A stretch of DNA of 57,556 bases, taken from positions 140,168,952 through 140,226,507 of the forward strand of contig NC_068984.1 in assembly GCF_001194135.2 (NCBI RefSeq), read 5' to 3'. The position numbers were made by a program, and so were the translations under genes. The stretch comes from Octopus bimaculoides (lineage: Eukaryota). Of the stretch, positions 23,848-36,821 are shown one piece after another. How positions within the stretch are numbered: position 1 is the stretch's first letter; every line of letters starts with the position of its first letter. Under the pieces are notes generated by a model that did no database searches, was not told the DNA's origin, and worked only from the letters and a program-made list of their open reading frames with translations.

Positions 23848-24786
23848 TCTTTCAGTTTACATCTCTGCAATTGTTAGAAGCTTTCCTCATTTCATTTATT
23901 GTTCCACATAAATAAATTACATTAATAATTTATGGGCTAATCTGAAATTTTTTACTCTAGTTAATAGTTTTGCTTTTTTTGTTTTTGTTGTTGTTTTTTG
24001 TTTTGTTTTGTTTTTTTTTTTTGGCGATCGTTCGAATAAAACACTAAAGAAACTCGAACATTCAACATTCCATGCTTTTTCAAGGCATAGTGTATCTAGG
24101 AAAACATTGTCCAGTGTACAATATTGGCGTTTTACTACCGTCGTTATTGCTGTTCAAGTTCAAAATTCATCCCTGATTGATTAAGCCTCTGATCAAAGAC
24201 ACTCCAAACATGACCTTTTCATCGTTTTAGAGATAACCAAAATTTTCTTATCTAATGTCTTATTAAAAAAAAACATTATGACGGTAGAATGCAATTGAAG
24301 AAGATTCTGCTGCTCTTTCTAGTAGGCTGAGCAACCATACAGGACCCCTTATGGTTCTTTGTTTTAACTCGCACAATTGATGCGTGAAGTTGTGCTTTAA
24401 TTCATAATCTCCCGACAGACTTTCGTGTTGCGGTCTCGAATTGTTCGTAGGTTATCTATTAATTCTTATGAGCTCTTATTGTAGACATTTATTGAAAATA
24501 TTCATTATTATTTTATACTAATGTAATTAAATTCTTTGTTCATTTATGAGATGGAAAGAAAAAAACATTGAAGCTACCCAGTGGGAAGCCCATAAGAAAC
24601 CGGATTATGCGATAATGAAATCGACACACGAAATATCTTTCAGACACTTCGATAGATATGCAAATTGTTAATAATTCAAAATTATTTCTTCAGCTTTTTT
24701 TTTACACTTTTACTTTTCTGTCTTACTAATATTTTTTCATTTGTATAATATATTCTTTAATTCAGATTTCTACGTATTGTTTCCAT

Positions 24787-24907
<121 letters not shown>

Positions 24908-24993
24908 AACTATATATTCATATATAAATAAATGGTTCGTTGTGAGTTCGGAATACATACATACAAACACACATGCGTGCATACATACATATA

Positions 24994-25200
24994 CAGGGTG
25001 TTCAAAATGAATTTTATTCATCCTGCGCATCACCATGGCGCTACTTCAAGAGTTTTTCGGTGAACAGATTATTTCGAAGGGACTTTGGCCACCAAGATCA
25101 CCTGATTTAACACCATCAGACTTTTTTTTCTAGGGAGCAAGTAAAGGATCAGTGTACAAGAATCGCCTGAAGACTATTAAATACATACTGCGGAGAGACT
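24994..25200 (+). mobile_element. Internally deleted Tc1/mariner-like transposon remnant
   Basis: TA-CAGGGTGTTCAAAA terminus, then LLQEFFGEQIISKGLWPPRSPDLTPSDFFF*G..KGSVYKN. Confidence 0.7.
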
Positions 25201-25292
25201 TTTTGAACACCACGTATATCCGTGTGTGTATGTATAATGTTCGGATGAGGTTCACATGGCAACAAGACGCACGAAATATATAAAATAGAGAT

Positions 25293-25659
25293 GTTGTTGT
25301 TGGCACTCCGTCGCTTACGACATCGAGGGTTCCAGTTGATCCGATCAACGGAACAGCCTGCTCGTGAAATTAACTTGCAAGTGGCTGAGCACTCCACAGA
25401 CACGTGTACCCTTAACGTAGTTCTCAGGGATATTCAGCGTGACACAGTGTGACAAGGCTCACCCTTTGAATTACAGGCACAACAGAAACAGGAAGTAAGA
25501 GAAAGTTGTGGTGAAAGAGTACAGCAGGGTTGCCGGAGCCTCGTGGAGCTTTAGATGTTTTCGCTCAATAAACACTCACAACGCCCGGTCTGGGAATCGA
25601 AACCTTGATCCTCTGACCGCGAGTCCGCTGCCCTAACCACTGGGTCATTGCGCCTCCAC
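25293..25659 (-). mobile_element. SINE family C with a 14-bp TSD
   Basis: TATAAAATAGAGAT (25279-92) and TATAAAATAAAGAT (25660-73). Confidence 0.9.
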
Positions 25660-25757
25660 TATAAAATAAAGATAAATAACTTTATTCTATATAGATTCCA
25701 AATTTTAGCACAAGGCCAGCAATTTTGGAACACAGCGTCTTTAACTCACGCTTACAG

Positions 25758-25829
25758 GATGTTTTGTCTAGCCTTGAGGTAAATGTGCCAGATGCACATA
25801 ATGACAAAATTGAAGAAGACGAGATACAA
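25758..25829 (+). other. Candidate 72-nt phase-0 coding exon of an unidentified host gene
   Basis: TTAACTCACGCTTACAG|..DVLSSLEVNVPDAHNDKIEEDEIQ..CAA|GTATGT; no homology recognised. Confidence 0.25.
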
Positions 25830-26254
25830 GTATGTGAAATTTGCTCTGATGTGAATTGTGGCCAAGCAACAAATAAAGATATTTGTGATATTTAACTTGA
25901 AATTATTTGGTTATTATTCTACCATAAATGCCCAAGGACATTATTTGTTCATACGAGGCTTCTATTCATGTTTTCAACAGTTTAATTTTCAATATTTCCT
26001 AATAGATCCATTGTTAACTTCAGAATATTTTTTAATATGCTAGTTCTTTTAAGGCTACTTCAGTTTCTTTATGTCTATATATCTGATAACTGAAACGATA
26101 GAAGTTCAATAGAATTGTATAAAATAAATATGGTTTTTGAGAATATCTTTGTTTTTCGTAGGTGAAATAGTTTACTTCCATATTACCGCCCATGGGCGCT
26201 TATTATAGGTAGGCGGTTATTTAAGCAAAAAAATAGTTTTGTAAAATAGAATAT

Positions 26255-26545
26255 TCCGTTTAACAGCCCTGGACGGATTTAGCTCTAATCGGCATAGAAA
26301 AAGCCGTTTGAAAAAGCATTAAGAACAATATCTTCTACAATGATGTTATCAACAATTTCAACGAGAAAGAAAGAAGGATTGAATTAACATTTAAATAAAA
26401 TAGGTAAGTTTTAATTGCGATTTCTTTTTATTTTAAAAATAGCCCTATCATATGAACATGTCAATTTGATTCAGATATCTATGACAGAGAATTTTGGTCA
26501 TTATTTTTGCAGTCAGAAAGATCACCGCACGCCCGCACGGGGAAA
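26255..26545 (+). mobile_element. hAT transposon 3' remnant (dimerisation-domain C-terminus plus probable right TIR)
   Basis: WTDLALIGIEKAV*KSIKNNIFYNDVINNFNEKERRIELTFK* resembles the hAT motif RLxxLALxxIE..IIxxFAxxKxRR. TCACCGCACGCC near 26522 is TIR-like. Confidence 0.6.
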
Positions 26546-26757
26546 GTATGATAAACACAAGTTGCAATTTATACCATTTATTACATAGGTGTATATCTGA
26601 CTGTATGCACAGGGATATATATATGTGTGTGTGTGTGTATGTGTGTGTGTGTGTGTGTGTGTGNNNNNNNNNNAAAAGAAGGACAAGAAAAAAACAACGC
26701 GATGACGTTGTACATGCAAAGTATTAATAAGATGCTGCGAGAAGGAAAGAACGGATG

Positions 26758-26790
26758 TTTTACGTTTCGAGCAAAGCTCTTCTTCAGAAA
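26758..26790 (-). ncRNA. Minimal type I hammerhead ribozyme motif, intact core, within a Penelope-like repeat (~26680-26855)
   Basis: UUU-CUGAAGA-A-GAGC-UUU-GCUC-GAAA-CG-UA-AAA; predicted cut between 26761 and 26760. Confidence 0.7.
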
Positions 26791-26857
26791 TAAGAGACAG
26801 AAGAAAGTCCAAGAGAAAAGGAAAACGGAGAAAAAATCGCCAACAGTCCACATGTAG

Positions 26858-26936
<79 letters not shown>

Positions 26937-27064
26937 NNNNNNNNNNNNNNNNNNNNNNNNNNNNNNNNNNNNNNNNNNNNNNNNNNNNNNNNNNNNNNNN
27001 NNNNNNNNNNNNNNNNNNNNNNNNNNNNNNNNNNNNNNNNNNNNNNNNNNNNNNNNNNNNNNNN

Positions 27065-27129
<65 letters not shown>

Positions 27130-27398
27130 CGTGTGATTTAATGACATTTTTCACAAAATTAATCTCTTTGGAAATAATCCAGAACTGTACTGGGTGTCCT
27201 TGATCACATGACAGTGACAGATGTGTGTTATTACTTTCCATAAATAATAAATGAATTACTAGTAACAGTAAGTAACGAATATTGAATCCATTTGTAAATC
27301 CAACATTTAAAGAGAGCTTGCATGTTAGGTAAAACTATTATAGCAAAAACAAGCGAAGAAATAGCAACGCAGAATAACACAAGCATTAAACACGCTGA

Positions 27399-27433
<35 letters not shown>

Positions 27434-27740
27434 NNNNNNNNNNNNNNNNNNNNNNNNNNNNNNNNNNNNNNNNNNNNNNNNNNNNNNNNNNNNNNNNNNN
27501 NNNNNNNNNNNNNNNNNNNNNNNNNNNNNNNNNNNNNNNNNNNNNNNNNNNNNNNNNNNNNNNNNNNNNNNNNNNNNNNNNNNNNNNNNNNNNNNNNNNN
27601 NNNNNNNNNNNNNNNNNNNNNNNNNNNNNNNNNNNNNNNNNNNNNNNNNNNNNNNNNNNNNNNNNNNNNNNNNNNNNNNNNNNNNNNNNNNNNNNNNNNT
27701 ATATATACGTAAATATATACATATAAATACATAAACGTAA

Positions 27741-27787
<47 letters not shown>

Positions 27788-28519
27788 TAAACACACACAT
27801 ACACACACACATATATATGTATACGTGTGTGTATGTGTGTGCGTGCAATAATACTGCACAAACACCCAATTAAGTATTGATTCTTCGATGTTGCATCAAA
27901 GTGAAATGGCGTTGAGAGATTATTTTTTTTTTCTTCTGGGTGTTTATTGCATCGAAGTAATTACATCATTTAAATAAATGTTTTTCCAAACAGAGAATTT
28001 CCAAATTAAAAGTAAATATTACCGGAATTATTGTAGATTTGCGGCGATAGGGAATAGTAAAACTGTTCTTGTAACTGTAAAGACATTAACCTACAAAATA
28101 AATTATTATTTCTTACCTGGAGAACTGTAGCTCGTTTGCATTAGGTTCTCAGAGAAAATATCAACTCCGTCGTTTTGCCAAGTGTCTTTTCGTGGTTTAT
28201 AAAATATAGGATGTCAGATAAACTCGTTTGTGTTTGTTTTCGGGGGGGGGGGGGCACTCCATCGTTATATGTCTGAAAATAGATATAATATATTCAACTT
28301 CCACAAACTGTAGGCATAGGTTGTATAGAAAGAATAAAGCACAAAAATGACCATAAAATGAAAATATTTTTCGTCTTAATTCAAATAACATTGGAAAGGA
28401 TTAAAATAAATTGGGGAGAAGAACGAACGAATTTATCTGACAAGCGTAACTGTGCTGTAAGATTTGTCTTCCCAGCTACATGGTTCCGAGTGCAGTGCTA
28501 CTGCGTAACACTTGGGGCA

Positions 28520-28795
28520 AGGAAACTGAAAGAAGCCCGTCGTATATGTGTGCGTGTGCGCATATGTGTGTGTCTTTGTGCTTGTGTTTGTCCCTCCACC
28601 ATCGCTTGACAACCGGTGTAGTTTTGTTTACGTCACTGTAACTTAACGGTTCGGCAACAGTCACATACAGAACACGTATCAGGCTTTAAAAGAGTACTGC
28701 ACTCGGTTCCTTTGAATGCAGTACTTCTTTCAAAGGAATCGAATTTGAAAATTCTTTTCAAGTCGGTGCCTTAGCATGGTTGCAGTCTATTGACC
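28520..28795 (+). mobile_element. SINE family B, partial
   Basis: GGAAACTGAAAGAAGCCCGTCG..CGCTTGACAACCGGTG..AACTTAACGGTTCGGC. Confidence 0.65.
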
Positions 28796-28826
28796 ATTTT
28801 CCTCGACCACAACTGCTTAACCTCCC

Positions 28827-28880
<54 letters not shown>

Positions 28881-29619
28881 AATAATCACGAATATGAAAT
28901 AAACACTCAGACTCCACAACTAAAGAACAGCATACCATCAATTCTCTACAGATGTCTGATCACAATNNNNNNNNNNNNNNNNNNNNNNNNNNNNNNNNNN
29001 NNNNNNNNNNNNNNNNNNNNNNNNNNNNNNNNNNNNNNNNNNNNNNNNNNNNNNNNNNNNNNNNNNNNNNNNNNNNNNNNNNNNNNNNNNNNNNNNNNNN
29101 NNNNNNNNNNNNNNNNNNNNNNNNNNNNNNNNNNNNNNNNNNNNNNNNNNNNNNNNNNNNNNNNNNNNNNNNNNNNNNNNNNNNNNNNNNNNNNNNNNNN
29201 NNNNNNNNNNNNNNNNNNNNNNNNNNNNNNNNNNNNNNNNNNNNNNNNNNNNNNNNNNNNNNNNNNNNNNNNNNNNNNNNNNNNNNNNNNNNNNNNNNNN
29301 NNNNNNNNNNNNNNNNNNNNNNNNNNNNNNNNNNNNNNNNNNNNNNNNNNNNNNNNNNNNNNNNNNNNNNNNNNNNNNNNNNNNNNNNNNNNNNNNNNNN
29401 NNNNNNNNNNNNNNNNNNNNNNNNNNNNNNNNNNNNNNNNNNNNNNNNNNNNNNNNNNNNNNNNNNNNNNNNNNNNNNNNNNNNNNNNNNNNNNNNNNNN
29501 NNNNNNNNNNNNNNNNNNNNNNNNNNNNNNNNNNNNNNNNNNNNNNNNNNNNNNNNNNNNNNNNNNNNNNNNNNNNNNNNNNNNNNNNNNNNNNNNNNNN
29601 NNNNNNNNNNNNNNNNNNT

Positions 29620-29718
29620 TGTAAGCCCAGCACTTATCCTATCAGTTCTTTTTTGCCGAACCGCTAAGTTACGGGGACGTAAACTCTCCTACGTCGGTTG
29701 TCAAGCACAGACACACAA

Positions 29719-29801
<83 letters not shown>

Positions 29802-29965
29802 GGCGGGCTTCTTTCAGTTTCCGTCTACCAAATCCACTCACAAAGCTTTGGTTGACCCGAAGCTATATTAGAAGACAGTAGCCCAAAGGTTCCACGCAGT
29901 GGGGCTGAACCCTGAACCATGTGGTTTGTAAGCAAGCTACTTACCACTCAGCCACTCCAGCACCT
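29620..29965 (-). mobile_element. SINE family B with internal (TA)/(CA) microsatellite
   Basis: Both halves are present around the microsatellite. Confidence 0.8.
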
Positions 29966-30137
29966 GTATAAATGCGCAACTGTTACAGATATCGATAATC
30001 GAGAGAGATTACTGGTAGAACTAAATATCGTCCATCAAAAACAGAAATATCCAAAAGAAAGTTAATCAATCATGCCATAGCAAAAGAAATCCCGATCTAT
30101 AGCTTACGGATAAACACTCATGCTAAGGGAGAACACA

Positions 30138-30548
30138 TTTCTACTCTAGGTACAAGGCCCGAAATTTTAGGGAGGCGGGGGAAGTCGATTAGGTCGACGC
30201 CCGTACGCAACTGGTACCTAATTTATCGACCCCAAAAAGATGAAAGGCAAAATCGACCACGGGGGAATTTGAACTTAGAACGTAAAGACAGACGAAATAC
30301 CGCTAAGCATACCGCCCAGCTTGCTAACGTTTCTTATTTCTTTATTGCTCACAAGGGGCTAAACATAGAGGGGACAAACAAGGACAGACAAACGGATTAA
30401 GTCGATTACATCGACCCAGTGCGTAACTGGTAATCAATTTATCGACCCCGAAAGGGTGAAAGGCAAAGTCGAATTCAGGAAAGTAACAGCAGATGAAATA
30501 TCGCTAAGCATTTCGCCCGGCGTGCTAACGTTTCTGCCAGCTCGCTGC
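30138..30548 (-). mobile_element. Two adjacent SINE family A copies
   Basis: 30138-30330 and 30331-30548 are each reverse-complement family A. Confidence 0.75.
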
Positions 30549-30947
30549 CTTATGATAAGGGAGAAAACAAAAATACAAATATAAGTATTCCGTTTGTAGC
30601 CACCCATGACCATAGGAACCACAACATCCTACATTCAGTCAAACGATCCCTCCAATTTTACATTAATCATCAAATTTCTTAACGCTCCTCATCCTCACTT
30701 TCCTTCTAGTCCCCCTCCATTACAAACTCCCATTGTCTTTCTGAGCTCATCCAATTTAACTGCGCTGATCCTTAATCTATTTATTTACCTATCAATTTTA
30801 AGGGATTAAAGGATGAAACTTTTCCCTTTAAGTTGAACATAGTTTTTCTAACATTTTTCTACCCCATTTGCCTTTCATTGTTCTACAACCACTGCCTAAA
30901 CTTTCTCATCGGCATTCCTACTTTAACGATCTCTCATTCTCTTTCTC

Positions 30948-30987
<40 letters not shown>

Positions 30988-31374
30988 TCTCTCTCTCTTT
31001 TTCTCTCTTCCTCTCTCTCTCTTTCTCTCTCTCTTTCTTTCTTATCTTCTTTCATAGTTTCTATTTAAACATTCACACATTTAACTAGTTCTCTGTATTA
31101 CTTTTTATCAGTAATTTTCTCTTTTTCTTGTTGGTCGAAATCAAGCATACCTAAACACATACAGCAATGCAAAATATTTTATCCTTTTCCTCCCTTTATG
31201 TGTTTAACATCTTCTATTTTTCTATTCTTCTATTCTTCTATTCTTTTATTTTCTACTCCTGTATTTTCCCACGTTTTGTCGTTTCTTCTTTTCATTTTGA
31301 GTTCGATCCTCTTCTATCGCTTCTTCCCTTTATTTTTCCCATTCCATTCCACACACAAACACACACACACACAC

Positions 31375-31405
<31 letters not shown>

Positions 31406-31590
31406 ACTTCCTTTTATTTCTCACCTTCATCGTTTCTATTTTCTCCTATTTTCACGTAAGAGTGACAATTCCTACTACAAGCTACATAAAACTGCCATGT
31501 TTATTTATTTTTTCAAATGTCTATACGTATATATAGAAAAAATGTATATGCATGTATACGCATACTTATATATGTGTCTGTGTACATACG

Positions 31591-31652
<62 letters not shown>

Positions 31653-31721
31653 CATACACACATACACAAACACACACACACATATATATTTTTATTTTCC
31701 CTCTCTGTTTATTTCTATGTT

Positions 31722-31759
31722 TCTTTCTGTTGAAGAGCGTAGGCTCGAAAGGTAAAAGA
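31722..31759 (+). ncRNA. Variant minimal hammerhead motif in a Penelope-like repeat (~31700-31830)
   Basis: UCUUU-CUGUUGA-A-GAGC-GUAG-GCUC-GAAA-GG-UA-AAAGA; stems I and II are intact, core position A6 is U. Confidence 0.5.
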
Positions 31760-32100
31760 CCTTCTCACTTCCCGAGCGTTAAACGAATACATCTGTTTGT
31801 TGCTTACACACCCGTCTTCGTTTTTTGTTTTGGGGTTTTTCTGGGTTTTTTTTTTTTTTTTGGCAAATTCTCATTATATATACACACACGCATACATGTA
31901 TATGTGTTGTCATCTTTGCATATGCTTACGGACTCGCATAAATCTACGAGAATTTCCGTCATATTCTCCAATATTTTGCTTGAATGACATTTTCCATTTA
32001 TACCGGGATATTTGTTATACCTATGCATGTACGGTGTGCATGTTTGTATGTGGGTATATGTAAGTGTGTGTGTACGAGCGTGTATGTGTATATATATATA

Positions 32101-32131
<31 letters not shown>

Positions 32132-32655
32132 ATGTATGTATGTATATGCGCTCATGTATACATATTACCGCACGTATGTATATATCCAATTAATATATTT
32201 CTGTGACTTGCTTTCAAAACAATACATCCGAACATACGTTTATACGTGTGTGTNNNNNNNNNNNNNNNNNNNNNNNNNNNNNNNNNNNNNNNNNNNNNNN
32301 NNNNNNNNNNNNNNNNNNNNNNNNNNNNNNNNNNNNNNNNNNNNNNNNNNNNNNNNNNNNNNNNNNNNNNNNNNNNNNNNNNNNNNNNNNNNNNNNNNNN
32401 NNNNNNNNNNNNNNNNNNNNNNNNNNNNNNNNNNNNNNNNNNNNNNNNNNNNNNNNNNNNNNNNNNNNNNNNNNNNNNNNNNNNNNNNNNNNNNNNNNNN
32501 NNNNNNNNNNNNNNNNNNNNNNNNNNNNNNNNNNNNTATATATATATATACATACATACATACATACATACATACATACATACATACAAATATACACACA
32601 CACACACATACACACATATATATATATGTATATATATATATATACATACACATAT

Positions 32656-32810
32656 AGGCGCAGGAGTGGTAACAAGCTTGCTTCCCAACCACACGGTTCC
32701 AGGTTCAGTCTCACTGAGTGGCATGCTGGGAAATTGTTTTCTAATATAGCCTCGAGCCAACGAAAGCCTTTGAGAGGATTTGGTAGATGGAAACTGAAAG
32801 AAGCCTACCG

Positions 32811-32847
<37 letters not shown>

Positions 32848-32860
32848 NNNNNNNNNNGTG

Positions 32861-32893
<33 letters not shown>

Positions 32894-33020
32894 ATGCATG
32901 TATGTATTTGTGTGTTGTATTTGTCCATCACCATCATAGCTTGACAACCGATATTGATGAGTTTACGCCCCTGTAACTTAGCGGTTCGGCAAAAGACACC
33001 GATAGAATAAGTACTAGTCC
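32656..33020 (+). mobile_element. SINE family B with internal microsatellite
   Basis: GGCGCAGGAGTGG head through GACACCGATAGAATAAGTACTAG. Confidence 0.8.
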
Positions 33021-33406
33021 CAAAAACGAAAACCTACACTAACGCTGTGACACAGCCGGATTGTATAGTACTACCCGGGTGTCGAACTCATAATGGTATC
33101 TGTTAGCTGATTGGTTTCTTTAACTGAAAATCACAGCTTATCCAAGCTGTCATTTGGGCATTTATTCACGAAAACAGATGCAACAATTTTTATTGTTATT
33201 AATGTAAATTTATAATTCTGGGTGTAGAAGCTGAAGGCTGGTAGGTTTCGAATGAGTTGTCTATAGCTGTCCTCATTTTTATTGACTTTCAAAAAGATAA
33301 TAAAACCACCGGAACAGTTTATCTCAATGACGCTACATCCATTTTCTTGTCTATCTACAAACCGCAATATCTGCCCTGTTGTGTTTACACTTGAATGTGT
33401 ATACAT

Positions 33407-33511
<105 letters not shown>

Positions 33512-36234
33512 ATTATTTAGTTTTAGTTTATTTCAAGATTTCTTGCCAATAGAGAAAGAATCGATTTCTAACCTAGATCCAAGGCTCCTTCATTGGAATT
33601 TCACATCAATCACAGGGTATTTTTGTATGTATGTATGTATGTATGTATGTATGTATGTATGTATGTATGTATGTATGAATGTATGTATGTATGCTTGTAT
33701 GAATGTATGTATGTGCAGATTTGTATGCTTTATGTATGTCTTCTCATGCATATAGTTGCATATCTAGACATCTCATATATATTTAAATNNNNNNNNNNNN
33801 NNNNNNNNNNNNNNNNNNNNNNNNNNNNNNNNNNNNNNNNNNNNNNNNNNNNNNNNNNNNNNNNNNNNNNNNNNNNNNNNNNNNNNNNNNNNNNNNNNNN
33901 NNNNNNNNNNNNNNNNNNNNNNNNNNNNNNNNNNNNNNNNNNNNNNNNNNNNNNNNNNNNNNNNNNNNNNNNNNNNNNNNNNNNNNNNNNNNNNNNNNNG
34001 CAGATTTCTTAATAGTTCAGCATATGTGTTCTCTTTTTCACTAATCTTCAGCTTTATGTTAACATCCGCTGAGCAGCTAAGTTCCACAACTGTGCACAGT
34101 TTCGTTTCTCTTCTCTATCCCAAATCATTATATCAGGTCTGTTGTGCTTACATTTTATTGAGGTCTTCTCTGGTACATTCCACCAGTATTCCTTTTTATT
34201 ATGAGTGGCTATAGCTTCTATTTGTGAAGGAAAGTATGTATGTATGTACGTATGTATGTATGTATGTATGTACGTACGTACGTATGTATGTATGTATGTA
34301 TGTATGTGTGCATGTATGTGTGTGGGTGTAGGTGTGTGTGTATGAAAGGAGAAAATACGAATAAAGTTGCTGTTGATGAAATGAATGACAACAGTTAGAA
34401 AATGTTGTCCAAGATATTAGTCGACAAGTTTGAGTCAAAACTGATCCGATCATGTTCACATTTTCATGAAATGCATTGAGCATGCCACTAATTTCCTCAT
34501 TAATCAGAACCAAAGTACACTTAATGCCATCAGAAACCGGCCTGATGATTATTTGAATGTGGTCTTCTAGAACTATCAGCACTCTGGAGTCCATTATTGC
34601 ATTTACCATCTCCCGGAGAAAAGCGATAGAAAACGAACAGAATGATATCAATAAACAACTATGTAGGAATTATTTTTAAATAGCAAAACGCCGATACCAA
34701 AATACCTTTTATAAAATTTCTAATGCTTTTTAAAAATCAATTTGAAATTTTGTTCTATTGATATCCAAATGCCAATAATTATTTTTAAATTCATTTAAAT
34801 AAAAATAAGAAATAGTTTTTCAAATAATAAATTTGGCAATCATAAATTTTTAATGCCCGATTCCATTTATTTATCAGTTTTAAACATTTGATTAATTTTG
34901 CCTTTCAATTAAGCTTAATTATTTTGGTTGTTTTCCAAAAATAACAGAGATATGATTTTAAAAAAGACATCAGGTGTCATTCTCCCAGTTGTTCCCTTTT
35001 GCCTCAGAAGTTCCTTTTGTTTTGTTTTTTGTTGTTTTTTTTATTCTACTTCACCAATTTTGACGACGTTTACAGAATTAAATTATTTTCATCTGGACTT
35101 TTAAGAGTAATTAAAACAAAAATATAGGAATAAAGAATACGCCCAGAAGTTGTACCGAAGCGTTACTTTCCACACAATTTTTCAACGCGCATAATTTACA
35201 TGAAAAATATTTCGTATGAATTTCTTATTTCTTGTTTGATTTATATTTTTATCGAAATGGTTTTAAAACATAATTAGTCGCATGTAAACACCAATGAAAC
35301 AAAACAACTTCCTATGTTTGTTTGTTTTTTTTGTTTTTTTAATGTATTAAAAATTTTATAAATCGTGTTTTGGTTTTTGGCAATTTGAAACAATTCCTAC
35401 AAAATTGTTTACCGTTATTCTTCTGCTCGTTTTTTCTCTCACTCTCTTTCTGGTCATCATGTCTGAATATGGCAAGGACAGGAAAGAACTCTAGAGCCCT
35501 CGTAAGTTAATATGACAAGGTTCAAGGCATCACTAAGCTGGTCATCTGATGGTTGGTTTCTCATCGTAGAGTCAAGCACATCTCCGGCCTAATCTAGAAG
35601 GAAACACGTGGTATGCTCAGTGAATTTCTTGAAATTGTGAACATGATCAGACCAGTTTTGACTCAAACTGCTCGACTTGTATCTGTTGAATTATTTTCTG
35701 ACTGGTGTCATTCAGTTCATCGATTACACTTCTCTGACATTTTCTCCAATTCTGAATTCCAATTCGAACTCAGAACATAAAGAGCCAAAAGAAATACCGC
35801 TAAGTATTTTCCCGACGTGCTAACGATTCTGGCAGCTCGCCACCTTGGGCTAAGATTGGTTCTACTAAAGCTAAAGGCAGGAACAACCACTCCAGCGACA
35901 TTCCAACAGAGGAAGTCTTAAACACAAAAGACACTCATAGAAAAATAAGAATCAGAAGATCATAGCACCTATTCCTTACAATTGTTGGAAGTGAGGCATC
36001 AATAATTAAGTATGTGTGTTGACCAAATACAAGATGATAGGCCACAAATTGCACTTAAGACATATGAACTAAGTATGCGGTCAATTGGCAGAGTCGTTAG
36101 AGCTTCCGACAGAATATACTGTTGTGTTTGTCCTGAAGCTCTGGGTTCAAATAGCGCCGACGTCAAATTTACCTTGTATCCGTTCATGGTCGAAAAACAA
36201 AGTACCAGTCACACACACATTCGCTCTCCCACCC

Positions 36235-36294
<60 letters not shown>

Positions 36295-36821
36295 ATCTCG
36301 ATGAAATTTACTGTATACAGAGATGGGCTTTGTCACGTTCTAATGCTCCACACTGGCCAACTTCACGATGTTACATCTTTGACAATATCAGACATTCAAA
36401 GCTCTTTTTATGTGAATTTACGTTTCCTTCACCTAATGCGGTCTTCCTTTTCTAATTTAATTTGATGGAGATTTGGCTATTATTTCTTGCTGGTCGAGCG
36501 ACCCCATACAGGCTCTCCCGTTAGCTTATGTCTGCATGTTTATCGTTGCAGGTATGACTGTGGGTTTCTCTGTGTGTTTATGTGTATGCGTGTACATGTG
36601 TGTGTGCGCGCTTGAGTAGGCATCTCTGTGTATACATGTATGTATATATATACGCATTTATTTATGCATGTATGATGCATGTTTGCAGGTACGTATGTGT
36701 AGGTACATATGTGTGTATTCTTGTGAGTGTATGTGAATGCGCTTGAATATACATTGATGTGCATGCATGTACATATGCATGTATATATGCATTTATGTAT
36801 GCCTGCATATATGCATGCATC

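Larger units (their letters stand above)
23531..23899. mobile_element. Fold-back element (~170-bp inverted arms, 35-bp spacer) with a hammerhead motif in each arm
   Basis: 23531-23701 is the imperfect reverse complement of 23737-23899. Confidence 0.85.

Noticed and set aside
26513-26545. GC-rich 33-nt symmetric microexon (TTTTTGCAG|..AAA|GTATGA)
   Set aside because: The GC-rich core TCACCGCACGCC lies just downstream of a hAT transposase C-terminus and is better explained as its terminal inverted repeat.
28710-28745. 9-bp stem hairpin AGTACTGCA/TGCAGTACT
   Set aside because: It lies within a decayed SINE tail; an isolated short hairpin is expected by chance.
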